Position numbers and translations under genes: made by a program
Source: Candidatus Poribacteria bacterium
GTDB lineage: Bacteria > Poribacteria > WGA-4E > WGA-3G
NCBI GenBank assembly: GCA_965247285.1
Contig: CBDFHD010000003.1
Coordinates: 82,795-146,794, forward strand
DNA length: 64,000 bases
Direction: 5' to 3'
Notes under the pieces: generated by a model
The model's input: the letters and a program-made list of their open reading frames with translations, nothing else
Told to the model about the DNA's origin: nothing
The model's database searches: none
Shown: positions 29,376-39,884 of the stretch, one piece after another
Layout of the letters: every line of letters starts with the position of its first letter
How positions within the stretch are numbered: position 1 is the stretch's first letter

Positions 29376-30090
29376 AGCAGTCTTCTTTGACCTTGATGGC
29401 ACACTCTGCGACTCCGATACTGCATGGAGCATCGCACAAAGAGAAATTTTTCAGCTTTTGCACGAGCATTATCCAGATGTTTCGGAAGAGACGCTTACAG
29501 AGGCATGGAGAACGGTCCATCAGGAGCTCTTTAAGCAACTCAACGCGGGGAAATGCGCTATGGCGGACGTGAGAGATTCACGTTTCCAGTGTCTATTCAG
29601 AGAATTAGGGTTGCCAGTAGATAAGGTTATGGAAGAATTAAGCGACTTTTTCTGTTTACGTTACCTCACGAGTTTACGTCTTTACGACGATGTCGCGATC
29701 CTTGAGAAACTACACACATACCATGTCGGTATCATTACAAACGGTGCGCACGATGAACACACCGACAGCCAACTTTCTAAAGTCCGACACCTTGGACTCA
29801 GCGGACGTATTCAATCGCTGACGATTTCCGGTGAAGTCGGTGTCAGAAAACCGAACGCCAAAATTTTCAAAGTGGCTTGCGAACGTGCTGGCATTTTACC
29901 GGAAGAGGCTATGGTCGTCGGCGATACCATTGAAAATGACATCGTTGGTGCCAACCGGGCAGGCATGACCAGCGTTTTCATCGACCGAAAGTCAGATGTC
30001 CTGACACCGGAAACAGCGGACGAACAACCAGACTACGCAATCTCAAATCTTTATGATGTTTTGTCCTGTTTGGAACATAAACAGAATTAG
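29368..30090 (+). CDS. HAD family hydrolase
   Basis: FFDLDGTL, ITNG, KP, VGDTIENDIVGA. Confidence 0.93.
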   Translation: MIKAVFFDLDGTLCDSDTAWSIAQREIFQLLHEHYPDVSEETLTEAWRTVHQELFKQLNAGKCAMADVRDSRFQCLFRELGLPVDKVMEELSDFFCLRYLTSLRLYDDVAILEKLHTYHVGIITNGAHDEHTDSQLSKVRHLGLSGRIQSLTISGEVGVRKPNAKIFKVACERAGILPEEAMVVGDTIENDIVGANRAGMTSVFIDRKSDVLTPETADEQPDYAISNLYDVLSCLEHKQN

Positions 30091-30092
30091 AA

Positions 30093-30323
30093 TAGGGCTA
30101 TTCAGTTTTCGGAAACCTTCTGTCGATTCTGTGGGATAAATCGCGACCCACCGAGTGCCACACGCGCATTTGGCGTTGATTCGAGGTCGCTCCTACAGTG
30201 GGTATCGGGATTCGGAGATCCCTCCTACAGGGAAACTAAATGATCGAAACGTGCTCATCGCCGCTGGCGAGGTTTGTAACCTCGCCTACCGCCAATGTCC
30301 AAGTAATTATAGGCTTTACTATA
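30093..30323. mobile_element. Family K element (inverted) plus a partial family A MITE
   Basis: TAGGGCTATTCAGTTTT end, two inverted GTAG REPs, then GCTGGCGAGG hairpin ...GGCTTTACTATA. Confidence 0.6.
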
Positions 30324-30363
30324 ATGGTATTCTCATCATATAAAACCACGAGAGGAGTTCATA

Positions 30364-31365
30364 ATGAATAAAACCTACAACGTTGCAATAATTGGATGCG
30401 GTGGGATTTCTCACATGCACGCAGGATGGTATGTGAATGAATCGAGGGTTTCTCTGAGCGCAATCTCCGATATTGACGCGGAACGAATAAAAGCGTATGG
30501 TGAACAGTACGGGGTCGAAAAGCAGTACACCGATTACATTGAGATGCTCGAAACGGAAGATATTGATATCGTCTCCGTATGTACGCGTCCGAAACTGCAT
30601 GCGCCGGTCGTGATTGAAGTCGCAAAACACGGAGTGAAAGGGATTCTTTCTGAAAAACCGATGGCAGAGAATCTCGGACAGGCGCGGGAAATGCTTGAAA
30701 CCTGTTCACAGCACGGTGTGAAATTGGCGATTGACCACCAGTTACGGTTTAACGCTCCGTATGTGTGTGCAAAGCAGCTTATTGCGGACGGTACTATCGG
30801 TGATATCTTTCGTATTCACGGTGTCTGTGGCGGCGGCGACCTGAAGGATAATGCCACGCATACCGTTGATCTCATGCGATTTGTCTATGGCGACCGCCCC
30901 ATCGTTTGGGTGACGGGCCAGATCGAACGCATCGACACACCGACCAAATACGATCTGCACTCCGAGGATTTCGCCATCGGTTATTTCAAGTTTGAAGACA
31001 ATGTTCGGGCTATCATTGAATCAGGGAGCGATACCGCACCCGGTTATCACCACATCTACTGCTACGGAACGGAAGGCGAAATTGAAATGTCTGCCCCAGG
31101 TGGACCCTCTGTCCGTTATCGCAATGCAGAATCTGGTGGTGCTTGGGTGGCACCCGAACTCTCTTCGGAAAGTGACCCCGTAAAGGACATGATTGCAGCC
31201 ATTGAAGAGGACCGGGAACACCGCTCCAGTGGTCATCAGGGATACGCGACCCACGAACTACTCATGGCTATTTATGAGTCATCTCGGAAACGGCGGCGGA
31301 TTCATCTACCCCTTGAAGAGATGGAATCGCCACTAACGTTGATGATTGAGGATGGCTGGATATAG
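30364..31365 (+). CDS. Gfo/Idh/MocA family oxidoreductase
   Basis: IIGCGGIS, SEKPMA, DNATHTVD. Confidence 0.92.
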   Translation: MNKTYNVAIIGCGGISHMHAGWYVNESRVSLSAISDIDAERIKAYGEQYGVEKQYTDYIEMLETEDIDIVSVCTRPKLHAPVVIEVAKHGVKGILSEKPMAENLGQAREMLETCSQHGVKLAIDHQLRFNAPYVCAKQLIADGTIGDIFRIHGVCGGGDLKDNATHTVDLMRFVYGDRPIVWVTGQIERIDTPTKYDLHSEDFAIGYFKFEDNVRAIIESGSDTAPGYHHIYCYGTEGEIEMSAPGGPSVRYRNAESGGAWVAPELSSESDPVKDMIAAIEEDREHRSSGHQGYATHELLMAIYESSRKRRRIHLPLEEMESPLTLMIEDGWI

Positions 31366-31530
31366 TATAGGACGGGTGTTCGATTAAAGGTAGTAGGCAC
31401 ACTCCGTGTGTTCTCCGTAACAGGCGGGTTTCTTGTGGCGTAAATTGTTAGCCTCCAGCCCCGGTAGGTGCGGTTTGCAACCGCACTGGATTTTACAGAC
31501 AAACCTGCGGACTGTAAAACCTTTCTTGAA

Positions 31531-31659
31531 TCCCGTAGGGATGATATGTTTATAGAAAGATGTTGAAAAAACAATCCAAGCCCCAGCGGGGCGGCATTTG
31601 TGTAGCAGCCGTAAAGCCCAAAAACCCAGGTTTCCCCAGAGGGGCGGCATTTGTGTAGC
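31531..31659. repeat. G-family repeat array: three units with unrelated spacers
   Basis: CCCCAG(C/A)GGGGCGGCATTTGTGTAGC units separated by 22-26 bp of dissimilar sequence. Confidence 0.7.
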
Positions 31660-31692
31660 TATAATCAATGCCATCTGACCCAAGGTGCCTAT

Positions 31693-33189
31693 ATGAAAGC
31701 GTTATTCATTGATGACCATGTTGTTGAGGAAATCGACAATCTCGCCCGGAAACTACATCCGCTGCAAAAATTCGACAAGAACGTCGTGCTTCGACCTGAA
31801 CATCGCTGGGAGAACTGCGGTATTATGATGTGGACAACCCCCGCATGGGTGCCGGATGAAGGGGTTTTCAAGACGCTCTACTACGCCAGTTCAGAGTCAG
31901 ATAGTCCAGAGGTCAAGCTCGACGTGACCGGTGCCCCGATTGGTGGGAAAAGTTTTATCTGTTATGCAACCTCTGAAGATGGTGTCAACTGGGAGAAACC
32001 GGCATTGGGGCTTCAAGATTATGATGCCCTTACATGGCGCGGAACCGCGATTGGCAAAGAGAACAACATCTTGCCTACAGGTGTACCGCTCGGACCGATC
32101 TACGACCCCCATGACCCTGATGAACAACGTCGCTACAAAGGGATGGGATGGGGAAAAGGTGGAGGGTTGACACCAGCAGTCTCCCCAGACTGTCTCCACT
32201 GGACCTACCTTGATGTGCCACTTGTTCCAAGCTCGGACGAGGCACACTTCTCTTATGATCAGGAGAATAGGCTATTTATTGCTACCGTCAAACACAGTGG
32301 ACCTGATGGTCGCTCCCCTTACGGACGCAGTTTCTGTTTGAGTACCAGCGAGGACTTTGAAAACTGGAGCGGGTTGGAACTCATTTTTCACGCCGACCAG
32401 ATTGATCAGGAGAACGGGGAAGAACGGATACGAAAATTTATTGAGGATCCCGATTATCTTACCCCGATATACAACCGACCTGAGGAATGGCGTACCGACG
32501 TTTACAATTTTCCCGTATTTCGCTACGAGGGTCTGTATCTGGGGCTACCTGTGATGCACCACTGGACGGGCAAGCATCCACCGCTTTACGAAAACGTGGA
32601 CAGTCGCAAATCGGTGGAATTGGCTGCGAGTCGAGATCTACGGCAGTGGGAGCGTGTCGCGAATCGCACGCCATTTATCGAGTTATCACCGATAGGAGAT
32701 GGCAGTGCCTACGATACAGGACAGATCTCGGTTGTCAACGGTCCGATCAGACGCAACAATGAGCTATGGTTCTACTATCTCGGCGTTCGGCACCGCAGCC
32801 AGCCGCTGGTGGACGTAATGAACAGAAAATACCTCAATAATTTCGCCATGGCACTCGCAAAACTCCGCGTTGACGGTTTTGTGTCGCTCAAGGGTGGCAT
32901 CGAGTGGGGATCGGTGCTGACCAAGCCCGTCGTTGTGGAAGGTAGAGAACTACGCCTGAATGTGGATTCTTGGCGCGGCAGGGTTAAGGTAGAGATTCTC
33001 AATGCCGATGATGGACACCCGCTCCCAGGATACACCTTCGACGAAAGCATCCCGGCGATGGTTGATAGTATTGACGAACCGCTGCGCTGGAAAGAGAAGG
33101 TTGACCTCGCTGAACTTCGCGGTAGAACTGTGCGCCTCCGCTTTTCCCTACTCCGGTCAGAACTTTATGCCTTCTGGTTGACCGACTGA
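31693..33189 (+). CDS. Putative glycoside-hydrolase-like five-bladed beta-propeller protein
   Basis: YATSEDGVNWEKP, SPDCLHW and SEDFENW boxes, LRVDGFVSL; paralog of 40873. Confidence 0.7.
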   Translation: MKALFIDDHVVEEIDNLARKLHPLQKFDKNVVLRPEHRWENCGIMMWTTPAWVPDEGVFKTLYYASSESDSPEVKLDVTGAPIGGKSFICYATSEDGVNWEKPALGLQDYDALTWRGTAIGKENNILPTGVPLGPIYDPHDPDEQRRYKGMGWGKGGGLTPAVSPDCLHWTYLDVPLVPSSDEAHFSYDQENRLFIATVKHSGPDGRSPYGRSFCLSTSEDFENWSGLELIFHADQIDQENGEERIRKFIEDPDYLTPIYNRPEEWRTDVYNFPVFRYEGLYLGLPVMHHWTGKHPPLYENVDSRKSVELAASRDLRQWERVANRTPFIELSPIGDGSAYDTGQISVVNGPIRRNNELWFYYLGVRHRSQPLVDVMNRKYLNNFAMALAKLRVDGFVSLKGGIEWGSVLTKPVVVEGRELRLNVDSWRGRVKVEILNADDGHPLPGYTFDESIPAMVDSIDEPLRWKEKVDLAELRGRTVRLRFSLLRSELYAFWLTD

Positions 33190-33236
33190 ATGAGCACACT
33201 GACACCAAAGCACAATCAAGGCATCGCGCAAACTAT

Positions 33237-33372
33237 ATGAAGTTTCAATAAATATTTCGGTAATTCTATCAAGACCGGTTGTCAATCAAAAACGGGGTAT
33301 AATCATGGAAATCCGATAATCACAGAAATCACAGTTCAGACAATTACCCTCGCACATTACCGAATTTGAAAC
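33237..33372. mobile_element. MITE family C (right end degenerate)
   Basis: ATGAAGTTTCAATAAATATTTCGGTAAT left end; interior similar to 39702-39845. Confidence 0.65.
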
Positions 33373-33405
33373 TTGACAAAGCACTACATAAGGAACAACA
33401 AAACT

Positions 33406-34926
33406 ATGAACACAGCCATCGAAAAGACAGAAGCACTCATCCATTCCACACGTGTGCTCGATGCAATGTATGCCGACGACCCCTACCGACCCCGCTATCA
33501 CTTCACGCCGCCATTTGGCTGGATGAACGATGTTAACGGTTCGATCTTTTGGAAGGGACGATACCATATTTTCTATCAACACAACCCCGAAGGTGGCTAT
33601 TGGAAATGGATGCAATGGGGACACGCATCGAGTATTGATCTGGTGCATTGGGTGCATCACCCGATCGCTCTAACGCCCGATCTCAACGGACCAGACCGTA
33701 ACGGCTGCTTTAGCGGGGGTGCTCTCGTGAATCGAGACGGGATTCCTACGTTCATCTATCATGGCGTTCCCGACGGAACGTGTATCGCAACGAGTGATGA
33801 TGATTTGCTCATTACGTGGGACAAGCAGCCCGCCAATCCAGTGATTCCCGTACCGGCACCCGGTGAGAAAGGACATGGCGAATATATTGTATTTGATCCC
33901 TGTGCTTGGTTGGAAGGCGATACGTATTACGCACTCATCGGGAACACGGTCCCGGGACAAAGTGCGGATGGCACTGCGCTGTTTAAGTCGTCTAATCTTG
34001 TGGAGTGGGAATTTGTGCGTTCCTTTTATCAATCGCGGCGCGAGTGGACAGACGCCGAAGAAGATTGTGCCGTCCCCGATTTTTATCCGTTGGGCGATAA
34101 GCACATGTTGCTGTTCTGTAGCCATTGGCAGGGCACACAGTATTACCTCGGACGCTTTGAAAACGAGCGATATTATGTTGAAAACTATGGACGGATGAGT
34201 TGGGAGGGTGGTCTACTCGGTGGACCCCGCTCATTGTTAGACGCGCAAGGACGCCGCATCTTTTTCGATTGGATTCGCGAAATTCGCGGTGTCGAACAGG
34301 AACGTGCCTCCGGTTGGTCAGGGGTGATGACACTGCCGCGTATCCTTTCCCTCGCAACCGACGGGAGTCTACAGATTGAGCCAGTGCCAGAGTTGGAATG
34401 CCTGCGGATGAACCCGAAAGCACATAAAAGTATCACTCTAAACGCTGATGAGTTAAACTTAGAAGATGTCCAAGGGAACTGCCTCGAATTGGCTGTCGAA
34501 ATTGAACCCGGCGATGCAACCGAGGTCGGTGTCCAAGTGCTCTGCTCACCGGATCAAGCTGAACAAACCGAAATTCTGTCCGTTCCGTCAGAACGGATGT
34601 TGAAAATCGACACCAGTCGTTCTACCTTGAACGAAGCCATCCGGTACCCACACTACCGAGACGCGGGCGGTACTGCGAGACTGCCGGAGTCGGAGCGGTT
34701 TGTTGACGCGCAGTGTGCACCGTTCATGTTGAAGGGCAACGAAACACTTCAGCTCCGCATCTATGTCGATAAGTCTGTGGTTGAGGTATTCGCGAACAGT
34801 AGGCAGTGCATTACACAGCGTGTCTATCCGACACGAACCGACAGCACCGGTGTGAGATTAGTGAGTCGTGGTGGACAGGCACATTTCCGATCCATTCAGG
34901 CATGGGAGCTGGCACCCGCAATTTGA
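33406..34926 (+). CDS. Glycoside hydrolase family 32 protein
   Basis: RPRYHFTPPFGWMNDVNG, WGHASSIDLVHW, GCFSGGA, MTLPR, DKSVVEVF, TQRVYP. Confidence 0.9.
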   Translation: MNTAIEKTEALIHSTRVLDAMYADDPYRPRYHFTPPFGWMNDVNGSIFWKGRYHIFYQHNPEGGYWKWMQWGHASSIDLVHWVHHPIALTPDLNGPDRNGCFSGGALVNRDGIPTFIYHGVPDGTCIATSDDDLLITWDKQPANPVIPVPAPGEKGHGEYIVFDPCAWLEGDTYYALIGNTVPGQSADGTALFKSSNLVEWEFVRSFYQSRREWTDAEEDCAVPDFYPLGDKHMLLFCSHWQGTQYYLGRFENERYYVENYGRMSWEGGLLGGPRSLLDAQGRRIFFDWIREIRGVEQERASGWSGVMTLPRILSLATDGSLQIEPVPELECLRMNPKAHKSITLNADELNLEDVQGNCLELAVEIEPGDATEVGVQVLCSPDQAEQTEILSVPSERMLKIDTSRSTLNEAIRYPHYRDAGGTARLPESERFVDAQCAPFMLKGNETLQLRIYVDKSVVEVFANSRQCITQRVYPTRTDSTGVRLVSRGGQAHFRSIQAWELAPAI

Positions 34927-34977
34927 GGGTGTGTAAAGTTTTTGGCAACTCTTTTTTTCATGATGGATAAGTTCCCG

Positions 34978-36696
34978 TTACATATTATCAAGAATCTCGA
35001 CAATGTCAACATGCCCTTCCCGCTCTGCCCACGCAAGTGGCGTCGCCCAATTTTCGCCTGCCAAATGTGGGTCGGCACCACGTTCGAGAAAGTATTTGAC
35101 CAACACAATGTTGCCGAAACGGGCTGCCCAACCGAGCGGTGTAGATTGCAGTTTGTTTTCGAGGGCATTAATCACCGCGCCGTGATCCAAGAAGAGGCTG
35201 GCGAATTCAACAATCTCCTCCGGCGTGTGGCCATATTGAGCGGGGTCACAACTCTTGCCAGCGAGGTGGTGCAGAATCGTGAAATTGAAACTACCACTCC
35301 GACCGTTTCGCAGGTTGGGGTCCACGCCGTGCGCAAGCAGCATACGTAGAATCGTGATATAGTTTCGACGGTCGAAGTCCGCATTGTTAATTTTGAGGTC
35401 GCCCAGCCGCCAGCCGCGAATTGATTGCTCCAACAGATTAAACCACGCTTCGTGGCTAAACTGCGGATTGCGGCGGAGGCACATCGTCACAACGTTGATA
35501 TTGCCCGCCAGGACACCGCTCCACAGCAGACTTTCCCACGGGTCGCGTGTATCCCCAGATGCTTCCGAGTACGCCGAGGGTTCGCGGTGCATGATCTCTA
35601 CGATAGCGGCGAGATTGTTCGTCACGCAGTAACTCAACAGGTCATCGGTTGCGCCGTAACGGTACAGCAGCTCGGCGGTCTCCTTGTATCCGCGCAGATT
35701 GGCGTTCGAGAGTGCCGAACCGGAAGCGTAAACCACTGCGTTCGGATTCGCCCCCGCTTCCAGCAGAAGTTTGACGACCTCGTAATGGTTCTGATTCGCG
35801 GCAATCCAAAGCGTATGCCCCCACTGTTTGACCGTTTCGCCGGCAACGTTAATCGTAAACGGTGAATCGGGGTCCGCGCCTGCGTCCAAAAGCAACCGCA
35901 CGACATCGGTGTGACCGTGGAAACACGCAACCCACAGCGGGTTGACGTAATCGTGCACATACGGGCTTCTGTTCCGCAACAGGCGATTGGGATTCGGTTC
36001 GGCTCGTAACATCGCCTTGACACCGTTGACATCCCCAACACCACTGGCAACCCAGATGTTATACGCCGCCCCGCGTGCGATGAGGACACCTGCGATCGCC
36101 GCGTAAGTACCGTACATCGATTCTGGCACTTTCCAGTTATGGTGCAGGCACCGGTGAATCGGACGACATCGCCCAGAATCAGCGTGATTCGGGTTAGCAC
36201 CCCGGTCCAGCAATTCGATAACGGTCCGCATATCTCCATGATGAATGGCTTTGAAAAGTCCCGTCTGTTCGTTCCGGTCTTTCGCCTTGACCAGCGATGG
36301 ACGTTTATCAAGGGTCGCTCGCACCGATTCGATGTCGCCGGATGCGACGAGTTGAACGAATTCCTCGCCCCGCGAGGTCGTACCCCGCTTTTTGTTAAGC
36401 CACGCCTCGATAGTTTCGACAACGGCGGTGTGCCCGCGGTCTGAAGTCAACCGCAATGCTGTCGTTGCGTCTCGATGCGGATAGATGCCCTGGAGCGGGT
36501 CCGCGCCTGCCTCCAAAAGGATAGCCACAACCTCGGCATTCCCTGCTTCGGCGGCGAAGTGGATGGCTTGGTGTTCGTTGTTGTCGGCCACCTCTTGATA
36601 CGCCAACCGTGGCTCCGCTGCGATAATCTCCCTGACTCGATCAAGGTCTCCTGCTCTGGCGGCGTTACAAAGCGTTTCGACTGTCTCATTTGCCAT
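34978..36696 (-). CDS. Ankyrin repeat protein
   Basis: Repeats such as AIHFAAEAGNAEVVAILLEAGAD, PLWVACFHGHTDVVRLLLDAGAD, TPLGWAARFGN; GGAGG RBS. Confidence 0.92.
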   Translation of the reverse strand: MANETVETLCNAARAGDLDRVREIIAAEPRLAYQEVADNNEHQAIHFAAEAGNAEVVAILLEAGADPLQGIYPHRDATTALRLTSDRGHTAVVETIEAWLNKKRGTTSRGEEFVQLVASGDIESVRATLDKRPSLVKAKDRNEQTGLFKAIHHGDMRTVIELLDRGANPNHADSGRCRPIHRCLHHNWKVPESMYGTYAAIAGVLIARGAAYNIWVASGVGDVNGVKAMLRAEPNPNRLLRNRSPYVHDYVNPLWVACFHGHTDVVRLLLDAGADPDSPFTINVAGETVKQWGHTLWIAANQNHYEVVKLLLEAGANPNAVVYASGSALSNANLRGYKETAELLYRYGATDDLLSYCVTNNLAAIVEIMHREPSAYSEASGDTRDPWESLLWSGVLAGNINVVTMCLRRNPQFSHEAWFNLLEQSIRGWRLGDLKINNADFDRRNYITILRMLLAHGVDPNLRNGRSGSFNFTILHHLAGKSCDPAQYGHTPEEIVEFASLFLDHGAVINALENKLQSTPLGWAARFGNIVLVKYFLERGADPHLAGENWATPLAWAEREGHVDIVEILDNM

Positions 36697-37147
36697 GATA
36701 TTCCCTCCGCATTCGACTGGATCCGCCGATATCGTTCGGGAGAACACTCCTCTGCAATACCGTTATTTAGACAATACCCTCTTTTTGGCATCCACCTCTG
36801 AAAACATTTTTGAAGCGGGATTTTCGTTCCTTGAAAAATAGTATATGCAAGGACGTTGAAATTAGAAACCCTTTATGGTATTATGTCAACATTATACCAT
36901 TTTTTTACAAGTCTTCTCAAGCCTGAACCTACTTGTTTCGTTTTAAGTGTATGGCAGATTGAACACCTATAACCAAAATTCACGAAGCCAATCGTCGGCA
37001 CTGGAATAACAGCGCGGCAATATGGGAGGAATGCCTGAGTCGGGCAAACCGTTGGCAGAGGTGCCATAAAGTGCCTGAACTGGCATTTGAGATGGAACTT
37101 TCCGCCATTGAATGAAACGCTAATCGACACTTTTTGAGGTGAACATA

Positions 37148-37957
37148 ATGGCTTATGAGATTCCGCAGACAGTCTTAGGTCGCACAGGGTTGACAGTTAC
37201 CCGACTCGGTATCGGGGGCGCGTATTGCGAATCCGCTGACGGCTACCGCAAGGCAATTGATGCCGGTGTTAACTATATGGATACAGCGCGGGCATACAGA
37301 GATGGTGAGGACGAAAAAGTTATTGGGACTGCCATAAAAGGGCAACGCGATGCGCTGATTCTTGCGACGAAAACCGCTAAGCGCGATGCAAAAGGCGCAC
37401 GGACAGAACTTGAAACATCGTTACAGATGCTTGGCGTTGATTACATTGATGTCTATCAACTCCATCATCTGAACACGCAAGAGGAACGCGACCAAGCGTT
37501 GGCACCCGGCGGAGCGTTGGAGATGGCTCAGAAGGCACGAGATGAAGGACTCATCCGCTTCATCGGCGTTACCGGACACGATTGGGTTCAGATACAACAC
37601 GCCGTTGCTACGGGATTCTTCGATACCGTCCTCTGTTGGTATAATTGTGCGATGAAAACGCCAGAAGAGACAGTTTTTCCTGCTGCCGACAAACACAATA
37701 CCGGTGTCGTTATTATGAATGCCTCGCGTAATGACAGACTTTTTGGAGACGCAGACGCGCCATCTCCAGAACAGTTCTACCGCTATGTGCTCAGTCATAA
37801 GAGTGTAAATCTCACGATCATGGGATTGAGAGACATTGAACGATTCCATCGAGTTGCAGAAGCACTCTCCGAGCAAGAGACCTTAGCGTCGGAGGCGCGA
37901 ATAGATATGGAAATATACGGAGCACAGAGGCTCGAAGAGGGCGCACTGACGCCATAA
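37148..37957 (+). CDS. Aldo/keto reductase
   Basis: LGRTGLTVTRLGIGG, DTARAY, LATK, DYIDVYQLH. Confidence 0.9.
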   Translation: MAYEIPQTVLGRTGLTVTRLGIGGAYCESADGYRKAIDAGVNYMDTARAYRDGEDEKVIGTAIKGQRDALILATKTAKRDAKGARTELETSLQMLGVDYIDVYQLHHLNTQEERDQALAPGGALEMAQKARDEGLIRFIGVTGHDWVQIQHAVATGFFDTVLCWYNCAMKTPEETVFPAADKHNTGVVIMNASRNDRLFGDADAPSPEQFYRYVLSHKSVNLTIMGLRDIERFHRVAEALSEQETLASEARIDMEIYGAQRLEEGALTP

Positions 37958-38246
37958 ATCCGATGGTGAAATGCCTCCTTCGCTGGCGAGGTTTCTAACC
38001 CCGCCAATCTTTGGTTATATAAACCTAAGTTGCCATCTTTGTAGCACAATCTTTATGAAGTTTAACAAAATATTTCGGTAATTCTCTGTTTTTCCCAGAC
38101 CCGGTAGGTGCGGTTTGCAACCGCGCCGGGTTCTATTCACAAACCTTGCATACTCCAAGATCCCTCTTGAGTCCCGGAGGGTTTATTTGCTTGGGTATTT
38201 CTTCAGCATTTGTGTAGAAATTTGCTAACAAACGAATGGAATTTCA

Positions 38247-39521
38247 ATGGATAAAAGTGCATCAGATCAGACAAATTCCGGTTCGGAAGAGTCTTATCCG
38301 CATGAAAAACGCAATTTAGTTGTCTTTGCTCTAAACCAAATTCTGATGCGTCTCGGTTGGATGTTCAAATCCGAGTCTGTGGTCATTCCAGCGTTTATTG
38401 ATGTCTATACCTCGTCTGGAACCATCCGCGGATTGTTACCGCTCATTCTGAGAATCGGGCAGAGTTTGCCCCAGTTTCTGGTCGCGCAGCGTGTCGCACA
38501 GATGCCCAAAAAACAGGGGTTCTTTATTCTCTCAGGGTTCGGTTTTGCCATCCCTTGGTGCGTGTTGTCCCTGATATTGAGTTTAACACACTGGTCAGCA
38601 AATGTTATCGTTGCTGTTTTTCTTGTGCTGTGTACCCTGCACTGGCTCGCGGTCGGTTGCAATCATCTGGCTACCGGAACGCTGCAAGGAAAACTCATCA
38701 GTCCCGAAAAACGGGGCAGACTCCTCGCCTATTCCAATATCATCGGTTGTACACTTGCGATCGGAGTCGCTTTTTACCTCTTACCGCGCTGGCTTTCTGG
38801 GAGTACGCCGCGTTATGCGGTACTCTTTGCTGCGACGGCTACCTTCTTTGGCGTTGCAACGGCAGTCAGTTTCTGGTTTAAAGAGCCGCTTTCACCGCCA
38901 CAACGCACCGCACCTTTTTTCAAATTTCTTGGCGATGCACTCCTATCATTAAGGTATGATAGAAATTTTCGGCGATTTGCAATCGTTATTCTGCTGTTTT
39001 ATTCGATCTGGCCCCTTTTTCCACACTATACGATTTTCGGAAAGCGGACATTAGGACTCGCCTCTTCTGGTTTCGTCACGTTGATAATTGCACAAAATGC
39101 ATCCAATGCTGTCGGTGCCGGTATCATGGGCAACATCGCAGACCGCTCAGGGAACCGATTTGTCTTGCGTCTTCTGATATTAATCAGTGCCTTTATGCCA
39201 TTATTGGCGGTGGGTATTAGTCGAATGCCTTCCGGTGCTCAGTTTTATTGGATTATCTTTGCGCTTATGGGATTCACACCGGTGTCAGCCCGCATCGTCA
39301 CAAACTATACTCTTGAAATTGCGCCGCAGGAGAAACACCCCCAATATCTCGGCGTGATGAGTCTTTTTCAGGCGATCCCCTTGTTCGTTTCACCCTTGAT
39401 TGGCGCGTTAATCGAGAAATTCGCCTTTGAACCGGTTTTTATCGGGTGCGGTGTCCTTGTTTTGTTAGGGTTTTTGCTGACGTTCCGATTGGCTGAACCA
39501 CGGTTTGACCAGAGGTCCTGA
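38247..39521 (+). CDS. MFS transporter
   Basis: About 12 hydrophobic segments, GNIADRSGNR loop motif. Confidence 0.85.
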   Translation: MDKSASDQTNSGSEESYPHEKRNLVVFALNQILMRLGWMFKSESVVIPAFIDVYTSSGTIRGLLPLILRIGQSLPQFLVAQRVAQMPKKQGFFILSGFGFAIPWCVLSLILSLTHWSANVIVAVFLVLCTLHWLAVGCNHLATGTLQGKLISPEKRGRLLAYSNIIGCTLAIGVAFYLLPRWLSGSTPRYAVLFAATATFFGVATAVSFWFKEPLSPPQRTAPFFKFLGDALLSLRYDRNFRRFAIVILLFYSIWPLFPHYTIFGKRTLGLASSGFVTLIIAQNASNAVGAGIMGNIADRSGNRFVLRLLILISAFMPLLAVGISRMPSGAQFYWIIFALMGFTPVSARIVTNYTLEIAPQEKHPQYLGVMSLFQAIPLFVSPLIGALIEKFAFEPVFIGCGVLVLLGFLLTFRLAEPRFDQRS

Positions 39522-39540
39522 AAAAAGGGCAGTGTATCTG

Positions 39541-39855
39541 TTGTAGCACAAACTTTTAGTTTGTGCCATCCTGTGCCGCAAACTATGGTGAATTATCAAA
39601 ATATATAAACATTTCAGGGAACACCGTCCCCCGCCACCGCTGGCGAGGATTGTATCCTCGCCCGTCTTTCGGTGTATAAGTAATTCTATAATTCACCATA
39701 AATGAAGTTTCATAAAATATTTCGGTAATTCTATCAAGACCGGTTGTCATCAAAAAGGGTATAATCATGGAAATCCAATAATCACAGAAATCCCAGTTCA
39801 GACAATGAACACCACACATTACCGAATTAAATTCTTAATCTTCATGTAACCGCAT
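39541..39855. mobile_element. Nested repeats: GTAGCACAAAC REP, A-type MITE (39586-39698), C MITE (39702-39845)
   Basis: TA[TGGTGAATTAT...ATAATTCACCA]TA followed by ATGAAG...CTTCAT. Confidence 0.75.
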
Positions 39856-39884
39856 CGGATCGTCAATACAGGAGAGACATCATC

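Noticed and set aside
26930-30090. Integron cassette array (GNAT, membrane protein, RM, HAD)
   Set aside because: Genes overlap or abut without attC-like sites, and no integrase is visible
35634-36422. 262-aa alternative-frame ORF and other overlapping or antisense ORFs in the track
   Set aside because: Shadow ORFs of well-supported genes with no recognisable motifs
36780-37130. ncRNA or small ORF in the divergent spacer
   Set aside because: No recognisable RNA motif, repeat or protein similarity; probably promoter DNA
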